A DNA stretch of 64,000 nucleotides from Rhodospirillales bacterium (GTDB taxonomy: Bacteria; Pseudomonadota; Alphaproteobacteria; Bin95). Every line of letters starts with the position of its first letter. Positions within the stretch are counted from its first letter, which is position 1. The position numbers were made by a program, and so were the translations under genes. Below the pieces are notes generated by a model. That model was given only the letters and a program-made list of their open reading frames with translations. It was not told the origin of the DNA and did not search any database. The stretch lies in contig JAYQLI010000035.1 of assembly GCA_038143065.1 (NCBI GenBank), positions 1,280,894 to 1,344,893 on the forward strand, written 5' to 3'. Shown piece after piece: positions 54,087 to 64,000 of this stretch.

Positions 54087-55266
54087 TTAAACTGCAGATA
54101 TTCGTCTCGCTTTCAGTGAAATAACACAAAGCACGGCTAGAAAAATCAATGGTGTTACACCGTAGTTAACGGTCTCCCAATCAAAGGCGTTAAGTAACTG
54201 TCCAGATGAAAGAGCAGCAATTGCTACAGTTGCAAAAATCAAGAAGTCATTAAAACCTTGCACTTTGGCTCGCTCTTCAGGTTGATATGTCTCGGTCAAC
54301 AGCGTCGTAGCACCAATAAACATAAAGTTCCAACCAACGCCAATAACCAATAATCCAATCACAAAATTTTCAAAACCGGCACCTAAAAGATGTGCAATCA
54401 CGGCTGAAATGTTCAGTGCCGCGCCCATCAAAATAACATTCAGTACACCAAGCTTTCTTATGATGTCTCCCGTAACAAAAGATGGTGCAAACATCCCAAT
54501 TATATGGGCTTGAATTACCCATTTTGAGTCAACAAATTCAAACCCACAATTTGCCATAGCAAGGGGTGTTGAAGCCATTAGAAGTGCCATTACCCCATAT
54601 GCCACAAAGCCTGTGACAACTGCCACCGCGCACTTTGGCTGCAAGAGAATTTCAAGTAACGGACGCCCAGACGTCCTCCGTTGCTCTTCTGTGAGCTTAG
54701 GTATTTGGACTCCAGACAAAAGGACGAACGAAATTAAATATACTCCGATCAGAGCAAAATAACTTCCTGCAAATTGAATTGGGAAAGTGCATCTTTTGTT
54801 AAATTAGCAAGCTCCGGACCTAAAAGGCCGCAAATAGGCCACCTGTCATAACCCATGATATTGCCTTGGGTCGAAATTCCTCTGAAGCTATATCTGCCGC
54901 TGCAAAACGATAAAAAATGGCAAAGCCATTGAACCATCCCACCACTGTGACCCCAACGCAAAGAAGCCAAAAAGACCCCTGAAGCATCGCTATGCCTGCC
55001 AGAATAGCACCGAAAACACCGAACCAAGTAGCAATCATAAAGCCAGCCCTTCGGCCTATCCGACGCATGAGCTGAGAAGCTGGAATGGTTGCTAACATGA
55101 CGCCAGCATGATGCGTTGCCAAAGGCAAAGTTTCCCAGCCCGGCGTCGGCGACAGTATCTTTCCGGCTAAAGGGCCAGTGGTAAGCATTAACGCTGTGCC
55201 TGTCATGTACAATGCCTGACACACAGCAAGGATAAACACATTACGTTTGGAAGGGTCGGAAAACAT
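54087..55266 (-). CDS. MFS transporter (frameshifts ~54750-54830)
   Basis: MRRIGRR, YRFAAAD, HIIGMFAPS and GWNFMF motifs. Confidence 0.85.
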
Positions 55267-55402
55267 AAGAGTTGTTTACTTCCGAAATGACTGACCGACC
55301 CCATAAGCTTGATGGTCGATCAGCAACCAGCTACTCGTCCTGAAGATATCCCACTCCGCCCTAAGAAAAAAGGCTCCCGAAAGATCGTTCTATTGGAAGA
55401 AA

Positions 55403-56470
55403 TTATTCCTTACCGGCTATAAATGGCCAAAGGTTGTCTGCACCTTCAGCGGCGACCAAGCGGCCAAGTTCCATGGCCCAATAGCTTTCATTTCCAAATT
55501 CATCTCGCCAGGCCCAAATCCGACGAGTAGCATGGTGCAATGAATGCTCGTATGTAAAACCCATTGCGCCATGAGTCTGATGAGCAATCGCTGTACCCAC
55601 CGTAGCCGCTTCTCCAATACGGGTCTTCGCTGCCGCTACTTCTGCCCGAGCTTCCACACCTAATCCACCAGATGCCGCAATTGCCTCTGCAACAGCGTCA
55701 GCAGCAGCTCCTGCCGCCGCTGCTTCACCGGCAAGCTGTGCCAAGCCATGCTGAATTGCTTGGAATTTCGCTATTGGTCGACCAAACTGTGATCTCTCCA
55801 CAGAGTATTGGACTGACTGATCCAAAATTTTCTGCAGTCCTCCAGCTATCTGAACAGCCCGCGTTGCTGCTCCCATCGCAAATAATGCTTGGTCATCAAG
55901 CCCGTAAGGTGCGGGCTCAATATTAACTGGCTTTACTCCATCAAAGGACACCTCGTCCGAAGGCTCCCCAGCAATAGATTGTTTTTGACGAAGAACGCAA
56001 TCTGAGGTCTTAACAAGCGCAACAACCTTACCTGCCTCGCTATCCGCTAAAACTGCAATGTGTTCAGTCACGCGAGCAAAAGGAATATCGCGAACTGTCC
56101 CGGATAGAATGCCGTCTGGTCCCAAAATGATATTTGAATTTATCTTAGTTGGAGCAACAGTCATTGGTCCCGCGGGGTATTGAACTCCAGCATGACCGAG
56201 TAGCCACGATGCCAGCATGGTTTCAGCCAACGGCACAGGCACCGAATGACGACCTGCCTCCCTAAGCAGAGAAAAACCATCAACTACTTCTATTCCAGCA
56301 CCACCTAAGGTTTCATTTCCCCATGCTAATGTAAGTCCGCTTTCTTCAAGCATGGCCCAAAGTTCCGATGGCCAAATTCCAGCTTCAGCCTCGTTTATCA
56401 GACTGGGGGAAACTAAATCACCAAAGATACGCGCAGCAGCGTCTACAATTAAATTCTCATCACTACTCAT
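55403..56470 (-). CDS. Acyl-CoA dehydrogenase-like short (probably non-catalytic) subunit
   Basis: RSQFGRPIAKFQAIQH and HQTHGAMGFTYE motifs; no N-terminal SEP/TEP..GSD motif. Confidence 0.8.
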   Translation of the reverse strand: MSSDENLIVDAAARIFGDLVSPSLINEAEAGIWPSELWAMLEESGLTLAWGNETLGGAGIEVVDGFSLLREAGRHSVPVPLAETMLASWLLGHAGVQYPAGPMTVAPTKINSNIILGPDGILSGTVRDIPFARVTEHIAVLADSEAGKVVALVKTSDCVLRQKQSIAGEPSDEVSFDGVKPVNIEPAPYGLDDQALFAMGAATRAVQIAGGLQKILDQSVQYSVERSQFGRPIAKFQAIQHGLAQLAGEAAAAGAAADAVAEAIAASGGLGVEARAEVAAAKTRIGEAATVGTAIAHQTHGAMGFTYEHSLHHATRRIWAWRDEFGNESYWAMELGRLVAAEGADNLWPFIAGKE

Positions 56471-56481
56471 GATAAAAATCT

Positions 56482-57644
56482 CTAACGAAGGCCAAGCTGT
56501 CGGGCAACGATACCTCTAAGGACCTCATTGGTTCCTCCCCGAATGGTGGAAGACGGCACCCGCAACAATCCTTCAGAGAGAGTACGTGCGTAGTCATCTG
56601 TCGATTGGCCGATTGCTTCGGTAGGCATCAACTGTCGAACGTCATTAAGCAGCGTTGATTCAAATTTAGTACCTAAATCCTTAACCAATGCCGCTTCTAC
56701 CACAGGAGACTCTCCCCCTTGCAATAGCGCGGATACACCAAGAGACATTCGCCGCATGGCCTTTAAACGAGCAACATTCTTACCGATAGTCTCAGCCTCA
56801 CGAGAGTCCGGAGTGTTTCCGATCCGGCGCATCGCTTCACTTAAAGTAATGGCGGACGACAAGAACCTTTCAGGCCCCGAACGCTCTAAACCAAGCTCGC
56901 TAGTAACCTGATGCCAACCTTCACCTTCCTTGCCTAACAAGCAGTCATCTGACACGAAAGCATCATCAAAGATAGTCTCGTTAAAATGCTCATCACCCGC
57001 CATATTTTTTATGCCACGGATCTGTATTCCAGCACCTTTAAGGTCAATCAAAAACTGCGAAAGACCTTCATGCCTATTTTTCTCATCTCGGGTTCCGCCA
57101 GTTCGGACTGTGGCAATCATATAGTGACAAAAGTGAGCACCCGAAGACCAAATTTTTCTGCCATTAATCTTCCAACCGCCATCAACCTTCGTGGCGGTGG
57201 TGCGTAAACTGGCAAGGTCTGATCCAGAATCTGGCTCACTCATACCAATCGCAAAAAGCACTCTCCAGCAGCAATACGAGGCAAAATTTCTTGCTTTTGC
57301 TGCTCCGTACCATTCTTAAGCAGCATTGGACCAGACTGACGGTCAGCAACCCAATGAGCCGATACTGGAGCGCCCGCAGCTAGGAGTTCCTCTGTTACCA
57401 CATAACGTTCCATACTCGAGCGTTCGTGACCTCCATACTTTTTCGGCCACGTCATACCTAACCATCCTCGTTGCCCAAGCTTACGACTAAACTCGAGATC
57501 AACACCAAATGCCCAGCCATCTGCAACTGGCGTGTAGCCACCAGACGCTCGTTCTGATGCAAGGAAGTCTCTAACCTCTTGCTGAAGAGCTTTCAATTCA
57601 GGAGAAAAATCGATGCGAGGAAAACGAAAACCACCTGCCGCCAT
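56482..57644 (-). CDS. Acyl-CoA dehydrogenase (frameshift near 57255)
   Basis: MSEPDSGSD, NGRKIWSS, LERSGPER and IRGGTNEV motifs. Confidence 0.9.
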
Positions 57645-57713
57645 CAGTAGGTCCTTCTATATAAATTTGGTCTTAGAATATACTTTAGTGCCATGAGGAT
57701 CAGAGGCAAGGAA

Positions 57714-58765
57714 TCAATCCTCAGGACGAAAACCCATAATTCTTTCAAAACGCCTCTGATAAGCAGGCCAAACCTCTGGATTAACTAGTCTTGGAGGCTT
57801 CTTACCTCTTAAAATACCTATCCACTGTTCTGCTGCTCCAACAGACATATTTCTATTAGCTTCAGTGGTAATACCAGCGTGGTGTGGCGTAACCAACACG
57901 TTGTCGAGAGCCATTAGAGGGTGTGAGGGGTCTGTCGGTTCCTTCCAGAAAACATCAACACCCGCACCCAAAATTTCACCATTACTCAATGCTTCAGCAA
58001 GCGCTTCTTCATCTGTAATACCACCACGTGCAGTAGTTACAAAAACTGCATTTGATTTCATTTTTTTAAATTGTTCTGCACCGAACATGTTTAAAGTTTC
58101 TTCTGTTCGTGGACAGTGCACTGAGATGAAGTCACTGGTTAGGAGCAGTTCTTCAAAATCAACCTTGCGCGCACCGCGACTAGAAATCTCGGCCTCGGAC
58201 AAGTAAGGATCGAAGGCTATGACATCCATCCGCAAAGCAAGGCGACAAAGTTCCGCGGTTCGTGTTCCAATTTGTCCAAGCCCAACAATGCCAACCGTTT
58301 TTCTAAAAGTTCTGCGCCGGTGAGCTCCATCCGATCGACATTACTCTCACGTCTCAAACGACGGTCCGCTTGAATCATTTTTTTTGAAACAGCAAGCATC
58401 ATTCCAAGCGCATGCTCAGCCACACTCTCCTTATTCGTTCCTCCCTGATTTACGACTGCAACACCTGCTGCTGTCATTGCGGAAACATCGATATAATCGT
58501 AGCCCGCACCAGTGGAGGACACCGCAACAATATTGGGCGCCCTTGTTAAAAATTCAGAATTTGGGAACCAGGGCTCTTGAAGCTCCGTGCGGGATTGCAC
58601 TTGATAACCATGGGCACGAGCCATTGCCGCATCTAATTCGCCCTTTGGATCAGCGTAATGGAGATGCGAAACTTGCACGTCATCTACCTCATCAAACTTC
58701 GCCAAAGCAGCATCAGTATCCATCCATTCCTCAAAGAAAACGAGCCGGCGAGCATTATCAGCCAT
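57714..58765 (-). CDS. D-isomer-specific 2-hydroxyacid dehydrogenase (frameshift near 58300)
   Basis: GAGYD, VAEHA, SVHCP, TARG, DVF..EP and TPHHAG motifs. Confidence 0.88.
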
Positions 58766-58918
58766 AATAGCTTTGATCCTATCTAATGAGTTTAACGAAC
58801 AGCATATGAGGACTGTTTCATGCGAAGTTAGCGCTAACAAATTTAAGGCTGAAGACCTAAACCTCTAAAAGGCGCTTACAAATATGAGTCTAGCTAATTG
58901 AATTCATTATCGCAGACA

Positions 58919-59364
58919 TCAGCCACCTGCTTTGGGGTTCGCGATCTTTTTAGCCAGCATTTGTTGCTCTTCACAGTTACCACAGATGCGCGTTAAGTCG
59001 GCTAAATGCTGCTTAGCTTTTTCAAGATTCCCTAACTTGATATGGAGCTCTCCAACATATTCGTGAGCTCCCACATGATTAGGGTCAATAGAGAGAGCTT
59101 TATCATAGGCTTTTTTGGCTTCAGCGTATTTTCCAAGCTGACGTAAAGAGTATCCAATGTAGTTGTAAGCATCGGCAGAACGCGAGTTAGATTCCAAATA
59201 TGTTTTTGCCTTGGCAATTGCCCGATCATACTTCCCCCGATCGACATATCTTTTAACATCACCAATCGAGACGCTAGTATCGCTACCCCCCCAGCTGCAG
59301 TGGCGGTATTACCGCAGAATGGAATCAACAAAGCGAAGACCAGTGCTATCACTTTTCTTTGCAT
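58919..59364 (-). CDS. Small secreted TPR protein (frameshift near 59290)
   Basis: Signal peptide; ADAYNYIGYSLR..G.Y and HVGAHEYVGE TPR repeats. Confidence 0.75.
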
Positions 59365-59492
59365 CTTAGTTCTCCCTTAGCCTCTGATAGCGATGTGCTG
59401 CTAATGACAAAATTTAACAAGAATGTAAGTTTATGGCACGAAAATTTGTGAAAAAGCCACCATTGATAAGTAAGATTTGACGGCCAAGTAGG

Positions 59493-60653
59493 CTAGATAT
59501 CCTTCAACATTGCGCGAGCAATGTTAGCTTGCTGCACTTGGCTTGTACCTTCAAAAATTCGAAAAAGTCTCACATCACGGTATAAACGTGGAATAGATGA
59601 CATATCTTCCATGTATCCCATTCCTCCCAAAATCTGCACCGCTCGATCTGCGATACGGGAGACCGTTTCACTTGCAAACAGCTTTGCAGAAGCAATGTCA
59701 ACGTGAGGAATTGGCCCTCCCAAATCAAAGGCCTTAGCACAATCAATACATAAAGCCCGGGCGGCTGCCATCTCCGCCTGACTGTCTGCTAATAGTGCCT
59801 GAATTTGACCAAAATCGCCCACTGGACGATCAAATTGTATCCGACGCGCCGCATAATTCGTCATTTCTTCTATCAATCGAATTGCTTGTCCAACACAAGT
59901 AGCTGCCACGTGCAGTCGTGCATGGTTAATTCCACGAAGCGCTGCCTTTAAGCCCGCGCCTTCCTTCCCACCCACTAGCGCGCCTTCGGATACTCGCACA
60001 TTTTCAAACCATACGTAGCAGACATGACTTCCTTCATTTCCAAGCATACGTGGTGGCTCACCAACTGATACCCCGGGTAATGAAGCATCCACAAGGAACG
60101 CCGAGATGCCGTTTGCCGACTTATCATTAGGATTAGTCCGAGCCATCGTTAGAAATACATCTGCTTGAGGAGCATTCGTGATGTAACGTTTCTCCCCATT
60201 GATTACCCAAATATCACCATCACGCTCTGCTTGAGTTTTCAGAGAAGCTGCATCTGAACCTGCTTCTGGCTCAGTCAAAGCAAACGAGCCCGTGCACTCA
60301 CCTGTCGCCATCTTTGGGAGATAGAAGTCCTTTTGAGAGGATGTTCCAAAATCTAAAATAGCTTGGGAGGTTAACCCAATTGTTGTTGAAAAACGTGAGC
60401 GGTAAACGCAGGATGCTTGGCAAAACTCAAACGTGAGGCGGATTTGCTCCTCCATGGAGCACCCCAAGCCTCCATATTCCTCTGGAATTGAGATTCCAAA
60501 AAGACCAATCTCTTTAAGCGCTTCCGTCAAATCCTCGGGTATCCCACCCTCCCGCGTAAGACGGTGCTCATTTGGCCGAAGCACATCCTGAGATAACTCG
60601 CGAACAGCAGTAAGATAGTCCTCAAAATTTCTAAACTGCACCGAAGCGCGCAT
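59493..60653 (-). CDS. Acyl-CoA dehydrogenase
   Basis: FALTEPEAGSDA, NGEKRYITN and RIFEGTSQ motifs. Confidence 0.92.
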   Translation of the reverse strand: MRASVQFRNFEDYLTAVRELSQDVLRPNEHRLTREGGIPEDLTEALKEIGLFGISIPEEYGGLGCSMEEQIRLTFEFCQASCVYRSRFSTTIGLTSQAILDFGTSSQKDFYLPKMATGECTGSFALTEPEAGSDAASLKTQAERDGDIWVINGEKRYITNAPQADVFLTMARTNPNDKSANGISAFLVDASLPGVSVGEPPRMLGNEGSHVCYVWFENVRVSEGALVGGKEGAGLKAALRGINHARLHVAATCVGQAIRLIEEMTNYAARRIQFDRPVGDFGQIQALLADSQAEMAAARALCIDCAKAFDLGGPIPHVDIASAKLFASETVSRIADRAVQILGGMGYMEDMSSIPRLYRDVRLFRIFEGTSQVQQANIARAMLKDI

Positions 60654-61469
60654 TCAACTTTCCTCAAACTTCACATGGGTAATAGATGCTCTGCAGCGCG
60701 GTTTATCATCATCGCCTATGAGGGCCATTGATCTCGGACCTGCTGCATCTTTTGGAGAGGCTACAAAACGAAGTCGTTCATCCCAAAACATGGGGCGGTG
60801 AAAAGAAATTTCTCCCTGCAGCTCCACGATCCCACCCTGACCCGCCTCATCGACCAAACCTCCAAGCATAATGTGCGATGCCATTAAACCACCTGCGATG
60901 GGTGCTTTAAAACCAAACCTTTTTGCAGTGTCAGGATCAGAATGAATTAAGTTTTCAGCCTCATCAGAGAAGGCAGCTACTTTCTCAGGCTCTAGAATCG
61001 TCTCATTGACCAAATACATAGAGCTAATATTTAGTGACGGGGTGGATACCCTCGGAGCATCTAAATGAGGCTCGCCAGGATTGAGGCTCGATCGACTTGC
61101 TCTCAGGGGGACCGTGCCGTTTTCTAACGAGAATTTAAAATCCGCCCAAACTCTTTGACCTCGAGGATGTGGGTCAATTTTTGTAACTTCCCCAGCCATG
61201 TTGATTGGAAGCCCCTGAGGTATAGCCGAACTCAAAAAATAAGCCTGAGACATATGAACATTGCCGTTTATTGATCTACCAGTCCAGCGCTGCGCCATTA
61301 TAGTATAGAAAGCAAAAAAACTGGGGTCAGTGCACTTACCCCAGATCGCTGGATCAACTCCACAACATTCCAACTTCCTAGCTTGGTACCCGCTTTCAAC
61401 CACAACCTCCCTACTTGGGAAGCGAAATCCGACAGGAGGTGGTTTCGACGTAGAGTCGCCCTGGGCCAT
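60654..61469 (-). CDS. Double hot-dog (MaoC-like) dehydratase
   Basis: NLIHSDPDTAKRFGFKAPIAGGL and SFHRPMFW motifs. Confidence 0.7.
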   Translation of the reverse strand: MAQGDSTSKPPPVGFRFPSREVVVESGYQARKLECCGVDPAIWGKCTDPSFFAFYTIMAQRWTGRSINGNVHMSQAYFLSSAIPQGLPINMAGEVTKIDPHPRGQRVWADFKFSLENGTVPLRASRSSLNPGEPHLDAPRVSTPSLNISSMYLVNETILEPEKVAAFSDEAENLIHSDPDTAKRFGFKAPIAGGLMASHIMLGGLVDEAGQGGIVELQGEISFHRPMFWDERLRFVASPKDAAGPRSMALIGDDDKPRCRASITHVKFEES

Positions 61470-61472
61470 GAG

Positions 61473-62282
61473 CTAAGAGCTGCTAACGCTATCAAGAAAG
61501 TCTTTTAACGCTTGGTTAAAGCCAGCCGGATCCTCTATGTTCGAGAGGTGTCGTGCAATGGGCAAAACCACCAATTTTGCGCCTGGAATTCCTTTTGCCA
61601 TTATCTCCGACATTTCAACGGGTGTCCCAGGGTCATCTTCACCAACTATAACTAATGTTGGAGCTGAAATTTCCCCAAGCCGAGGGGTTATGTTCAGTCG
61701 TGAAATAGCAGACCCACAGCCACAATATCCCTCAACAGGGGTTGAGACGATCATCTGGCTTATTCTATCGATAATCTCGGGCTCTGCTTTCACAAAACCT
61801 GGAGAGAACCAACGTTCAATGGTCCCACTTAAGCCGGCGGACATCCCATTTTTTCTAGCAGCACTAATGCGCTCCTCCCAACCTGCAACGGCCTCGGCTG
61901 GATAACCTGAGGAGGTATCCGCTAGAGTCAGAGACTTCAATCGCTCTGGTGCTTTTAGGGCCACTGTCTGACCAATCATGCCACCCATTGAGAGACCAAC
62001 CCAATGAACGCTCATCAGCTTCAGAACATCCATTAAACCAATCGCATCATCTGCCAACATTTCAAGTGTGTAGGGACCTACCGGCGCACTGGAGCCACCA
62101 TGACCACGAGTATCAAACCGGATTATCCTATAATCATCTTTAAGGGCGTCTATTTGTGGGTCCCACATGCCTAACTCTGCACTCAAAGAATGGCTCATCA
62201 TTACAACAGGAGCGTTGTTCGGACCTTCATCGGAAAATCTTATATCAATTCCATTGACTTTAACGGTTTTAGTTGTGGTCAT
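61473..62282 (-). CDS. pcaD: 3-oxoadipate enol-lactonase-like hydrolase
   Basis: SHSL, MWDPQ, DTRGHG, GLSMGG, ERWF and HLSNIE motifs. Confidence 0.75.
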   Translation of the reverse strand: MTTTKTVKVNGIDIRFSDEGPNNAPVVMMSHSLSAELGMWDPQIDALKDDYRIIRFDTRGHGGSSAPVGPYTLEMLADDAIGLMDVLKLMSVHWVGLSMGGMIGQTVALKAPERLKSLTLADTSSGYPAEAVAGWEERISAARKNGMSAGLSGTIERWFSPGFVKAEPEIIDRISQMIVSTPVEGYCGCGSAISRLNITPRLGEISAPTLVIVGEDDPGTPVEMSEIMAKGIPGAKLVVLPIARHLSNIEDPAGFNQALKDFLDSVSSS

Positions 62283-62319
62283 TTTACTTCTCATAAGAAA
62301 GTTCAGATGTGACTATACT

Positions 62320-62739
62320 CTAATGCAGAACTTGATCTGATGCACTGGATGAGGTGGACCTAGGGCGCAACGGAGTCGGACCAGCATGATGATGAACGAT
62401 GCGCCACCCTCCATCCTCCCTGGTGAATATATTTGTTGCAAGCAGAATAGAACCTGAGCTTCCCCCTAGTTGCTCATAACAGGTCACGTATGCAGTTTGG
62501 TCCAGCAAATGCGGCTGTGGCTCAATACATATTATTTGAGGGCGTTCTTTGGCACTTAAAATGCTTTCCCAACTTTCAAGCACAACATCCCGGCCAACCA
62601 AAAGTGGGGCGCCAGGATGGGCGCAAGCAACTGGAGCATTTCGTGCCCAAATACTCTCCATCTTTTGTAGATCACCTGTCGAGAAAGCATCATAGAAAGC
62701 CTGATTTATAGCAAGAACATCTGTTCGATCAGCGCTCAT
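62320..62739 (-). CDS. SnoaL/NTF2-like protein
   Basis: NQAFYDAF, CAHPG, ATNIF and WRIVHHHA motifs. Confidence 0.8.
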   Translation of the reverse strand: MSADRTDVLAINQAFYDAFSTGDLQKMESIWARNAPVACAHPGAPLLVGRDVVLESWESILSAKERPQIICIEPQPHLLDQTAYVTCYEQLGGSSGSILLATNIFTREDGGWRIVHHHAGPTPLRPRSTSSSASDQVLH

Positions 62740-63919
62740 TTCCTCTCTCCTTATTTATTTTTACCTTTGCTCTTTTCAGCAATTCTTCCCGACTTAACGA
62801 AAAATCACTATCGATCCAGGCCCCTTCCAAGTCACTAAGCAGAGAGTTAACAGAAGGACCGGGCGATAGACCGAGATCAATCAGATCACGGCCTCGAAGA
62901 GAAAAAACTGGTGACTTCCAGTTAGCTGCAAGTTCCAACATTGAGTTTAATTTCGCTTCGTCATTATGAAGATTTTGCAAATAAGCGCGCTTTATAAAAA
63001 TGTCGTGACCTTGTCGATATATGGACTTTCGCCAATCAGCTACAGTCATTCCTGAGCCCATCCAAGGAGGGTTCAACGCCGATAAAATAATCCTTTCCCT
63101 TTTTGATAATCGAAGTTTATCGCCGATATTGGTATCACCAGAAACTAGAGCAGCCAGTCTCAAGATTGGATCAGCAGGTAAAAAATGTATCTCAACAATA
63201 TTATCTGGTGTGCGTCCAAACAGGATTTCGAAAACACAAACACTCTTCATGGCGCCTAAAGTTTCACTAACCTGAGAAGCCATGAGCAAACGGAACAGTT
63301 CAGCTCGGACCCGCTCTACTGAGACATTGGAGAGCCCCTCAATTCCAACTGCTATCGCCTCGATGGTACTAGGCTCTGGTCTACCTTTTCCATACCAGGC
63401 GTGAAACCTAAAAAACCGAAGAATGCGGAGATAATCCTCTCGTATACGTTCTCTCGCCTCTCCAACAAAACGAACAATCCCTGCACTTAGATCTTCTTTC
63501 CCGCCAAAATAATCATACATATTTCCGGAAAAATCAGAGAACATAGCATTTATAGTAAAGTCGCGTCTGGCAGCATCCTCACGCCAGTCATCAGTAAAAG
63601 CCACCTTCGCATGCCGACCATCAGTCTCAACATCACGCCTTAGGGTAGTAACCTCATAAGGCTTACCATCCACAATAACCGTAACCGTGCCATGTTCGAT
63701 ACCAGTCGGCTTTGAGGTTAGCCCTGCACTCTTAGCAAGACGAATAATTTCCTCTGGATACAGAGTTGTAGCTAGATCAATGTCTGAACAAGGAAGACCT
63801 AATATCGAGTCGCGGACAACTCCACCCACAAATCGTGTCTCGCCATCACCAGCCGACAACGCTTGAATAAGACGCTGGGTCTTCGCATCATTCAGGGCGG
63901 ACTGGCTACCAAGTTTCAC
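62729..63919 (-). CDS. cca: CCA tRNA nucleotidyltransferase (poly(A) polymerase family)
   Basis: VGGVVRD, DIDLAT, RRDFTINA and EDYLRILRFFRF motifs. Confidence 0.9.
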   Translation of the reverse strand: MKLGSQSALNDAKTQRLIQALSAGDGETRFVGGVVRDSILGLPCSDIDLATTLYPEEIIRLAKSAGLTSKPTGIEHGTVTVIVDGKPYEVTTLRRDVETDGRHAKVAFTDDWREDAARRDFTINAMFSDFSGNMYDYFGGKEDLSAGIVRFVGEARERIREDYLRILRFFRFHAWYGKGRPEPSTIEAIAVGIEGLSNVSVERVRAELFRLLMASQVSETLGAMKSVCVFEILFGRTPDNIVEIHFLPADPILRLAALVSGDTNIGDKLRLSKRERIILSALNPPWMGSGMTVADWRKSIYRQGHDIFIKRAYLQNLHNDEAKLNSMLELAANWKSPVFSLRGRDLIDLGLSPGPSVNSLLSDLEGAWIDSDFSLSREELLKRAKVKINKERGNER

Positions 63920-64000
63920 TTTTTTTCGTCTTTTTCAATGAACTTTCCAGAGGTAATCCTACCATCTTTAAACTGGGAAGGTACGTATTTTGCAGTTGGC
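63916..64000 (-). CDS. 3' end of a small protein resembling DUF6111
   Basis: ...KYVPSQFKDGRITSGKFIEKDEKK*; GTGA overlap with cca start. Confidence 0.5.
   Translation of the reverse strand, partial: PTAKYVPSQFKDGRITSGKFIEKDEKK

Noticed and set aside
13580-59300. Programmed ribosomal frameshifting in the split genes
   Set aside because: Too many unrelated genes are affected, with no shared slippery site or stimulator; the pattern fits sequencing error.
1-64000. CRISPR arrays, IS elements, integrases, tRNA/rRNA, defence systems
   Set aside because: No repeat-spacer pattern, transposase or integrase motifs, or structural RNA signatures seen by eye.

Overview
64 kb of a compact, roughly mid-40s %GC (by eye) alphaproteobacterial chromosome, probably a Rhodospirillales-like metagenome assembly. 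Core blocks are serB/miaA-ilvIHC, rimI-tusA-mucR-olsB-acyltransferase-miaB-phoH-ybeY-corC-lnt, dapA-smpB, hppA, queG and a CCA-adding enzyme. Between them lie many organic-compound catabolic genes: three F420-type LLM oxidoreductases, a P450 with its ferredoxin, acyl-CoA dehydrogenases, a fused double CoA-transferase, a GMC oxidoreductase and SDRs. About 20 genes, including essential ones, are broken by single-base indels, mostly in homopolymers, which points to long-read sequencing error rather than pseudogenisation. No rRNA, tRNA, CRISPR or mobile element was seen. The best finding is one the ORF track missed: a DsbA/FrnE-like selenoprotein (14880-15497) with an in-frame TGA giving a U-P-W-C redox motif and a bacterial SECIS-like hairpin right behind it. 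Other highlights are an uncharacterised 8-gene minus-strand cluster (2 rhodaneses, GMC oxidoreductase, tandem-repeat protein, VOC-fold protein, LLM, 2 Lin0512 proteins), an in-frame TAG in a MetE-like gene, and a ~360 nt hairpin-rich ORF-free interval downstream of hppA.
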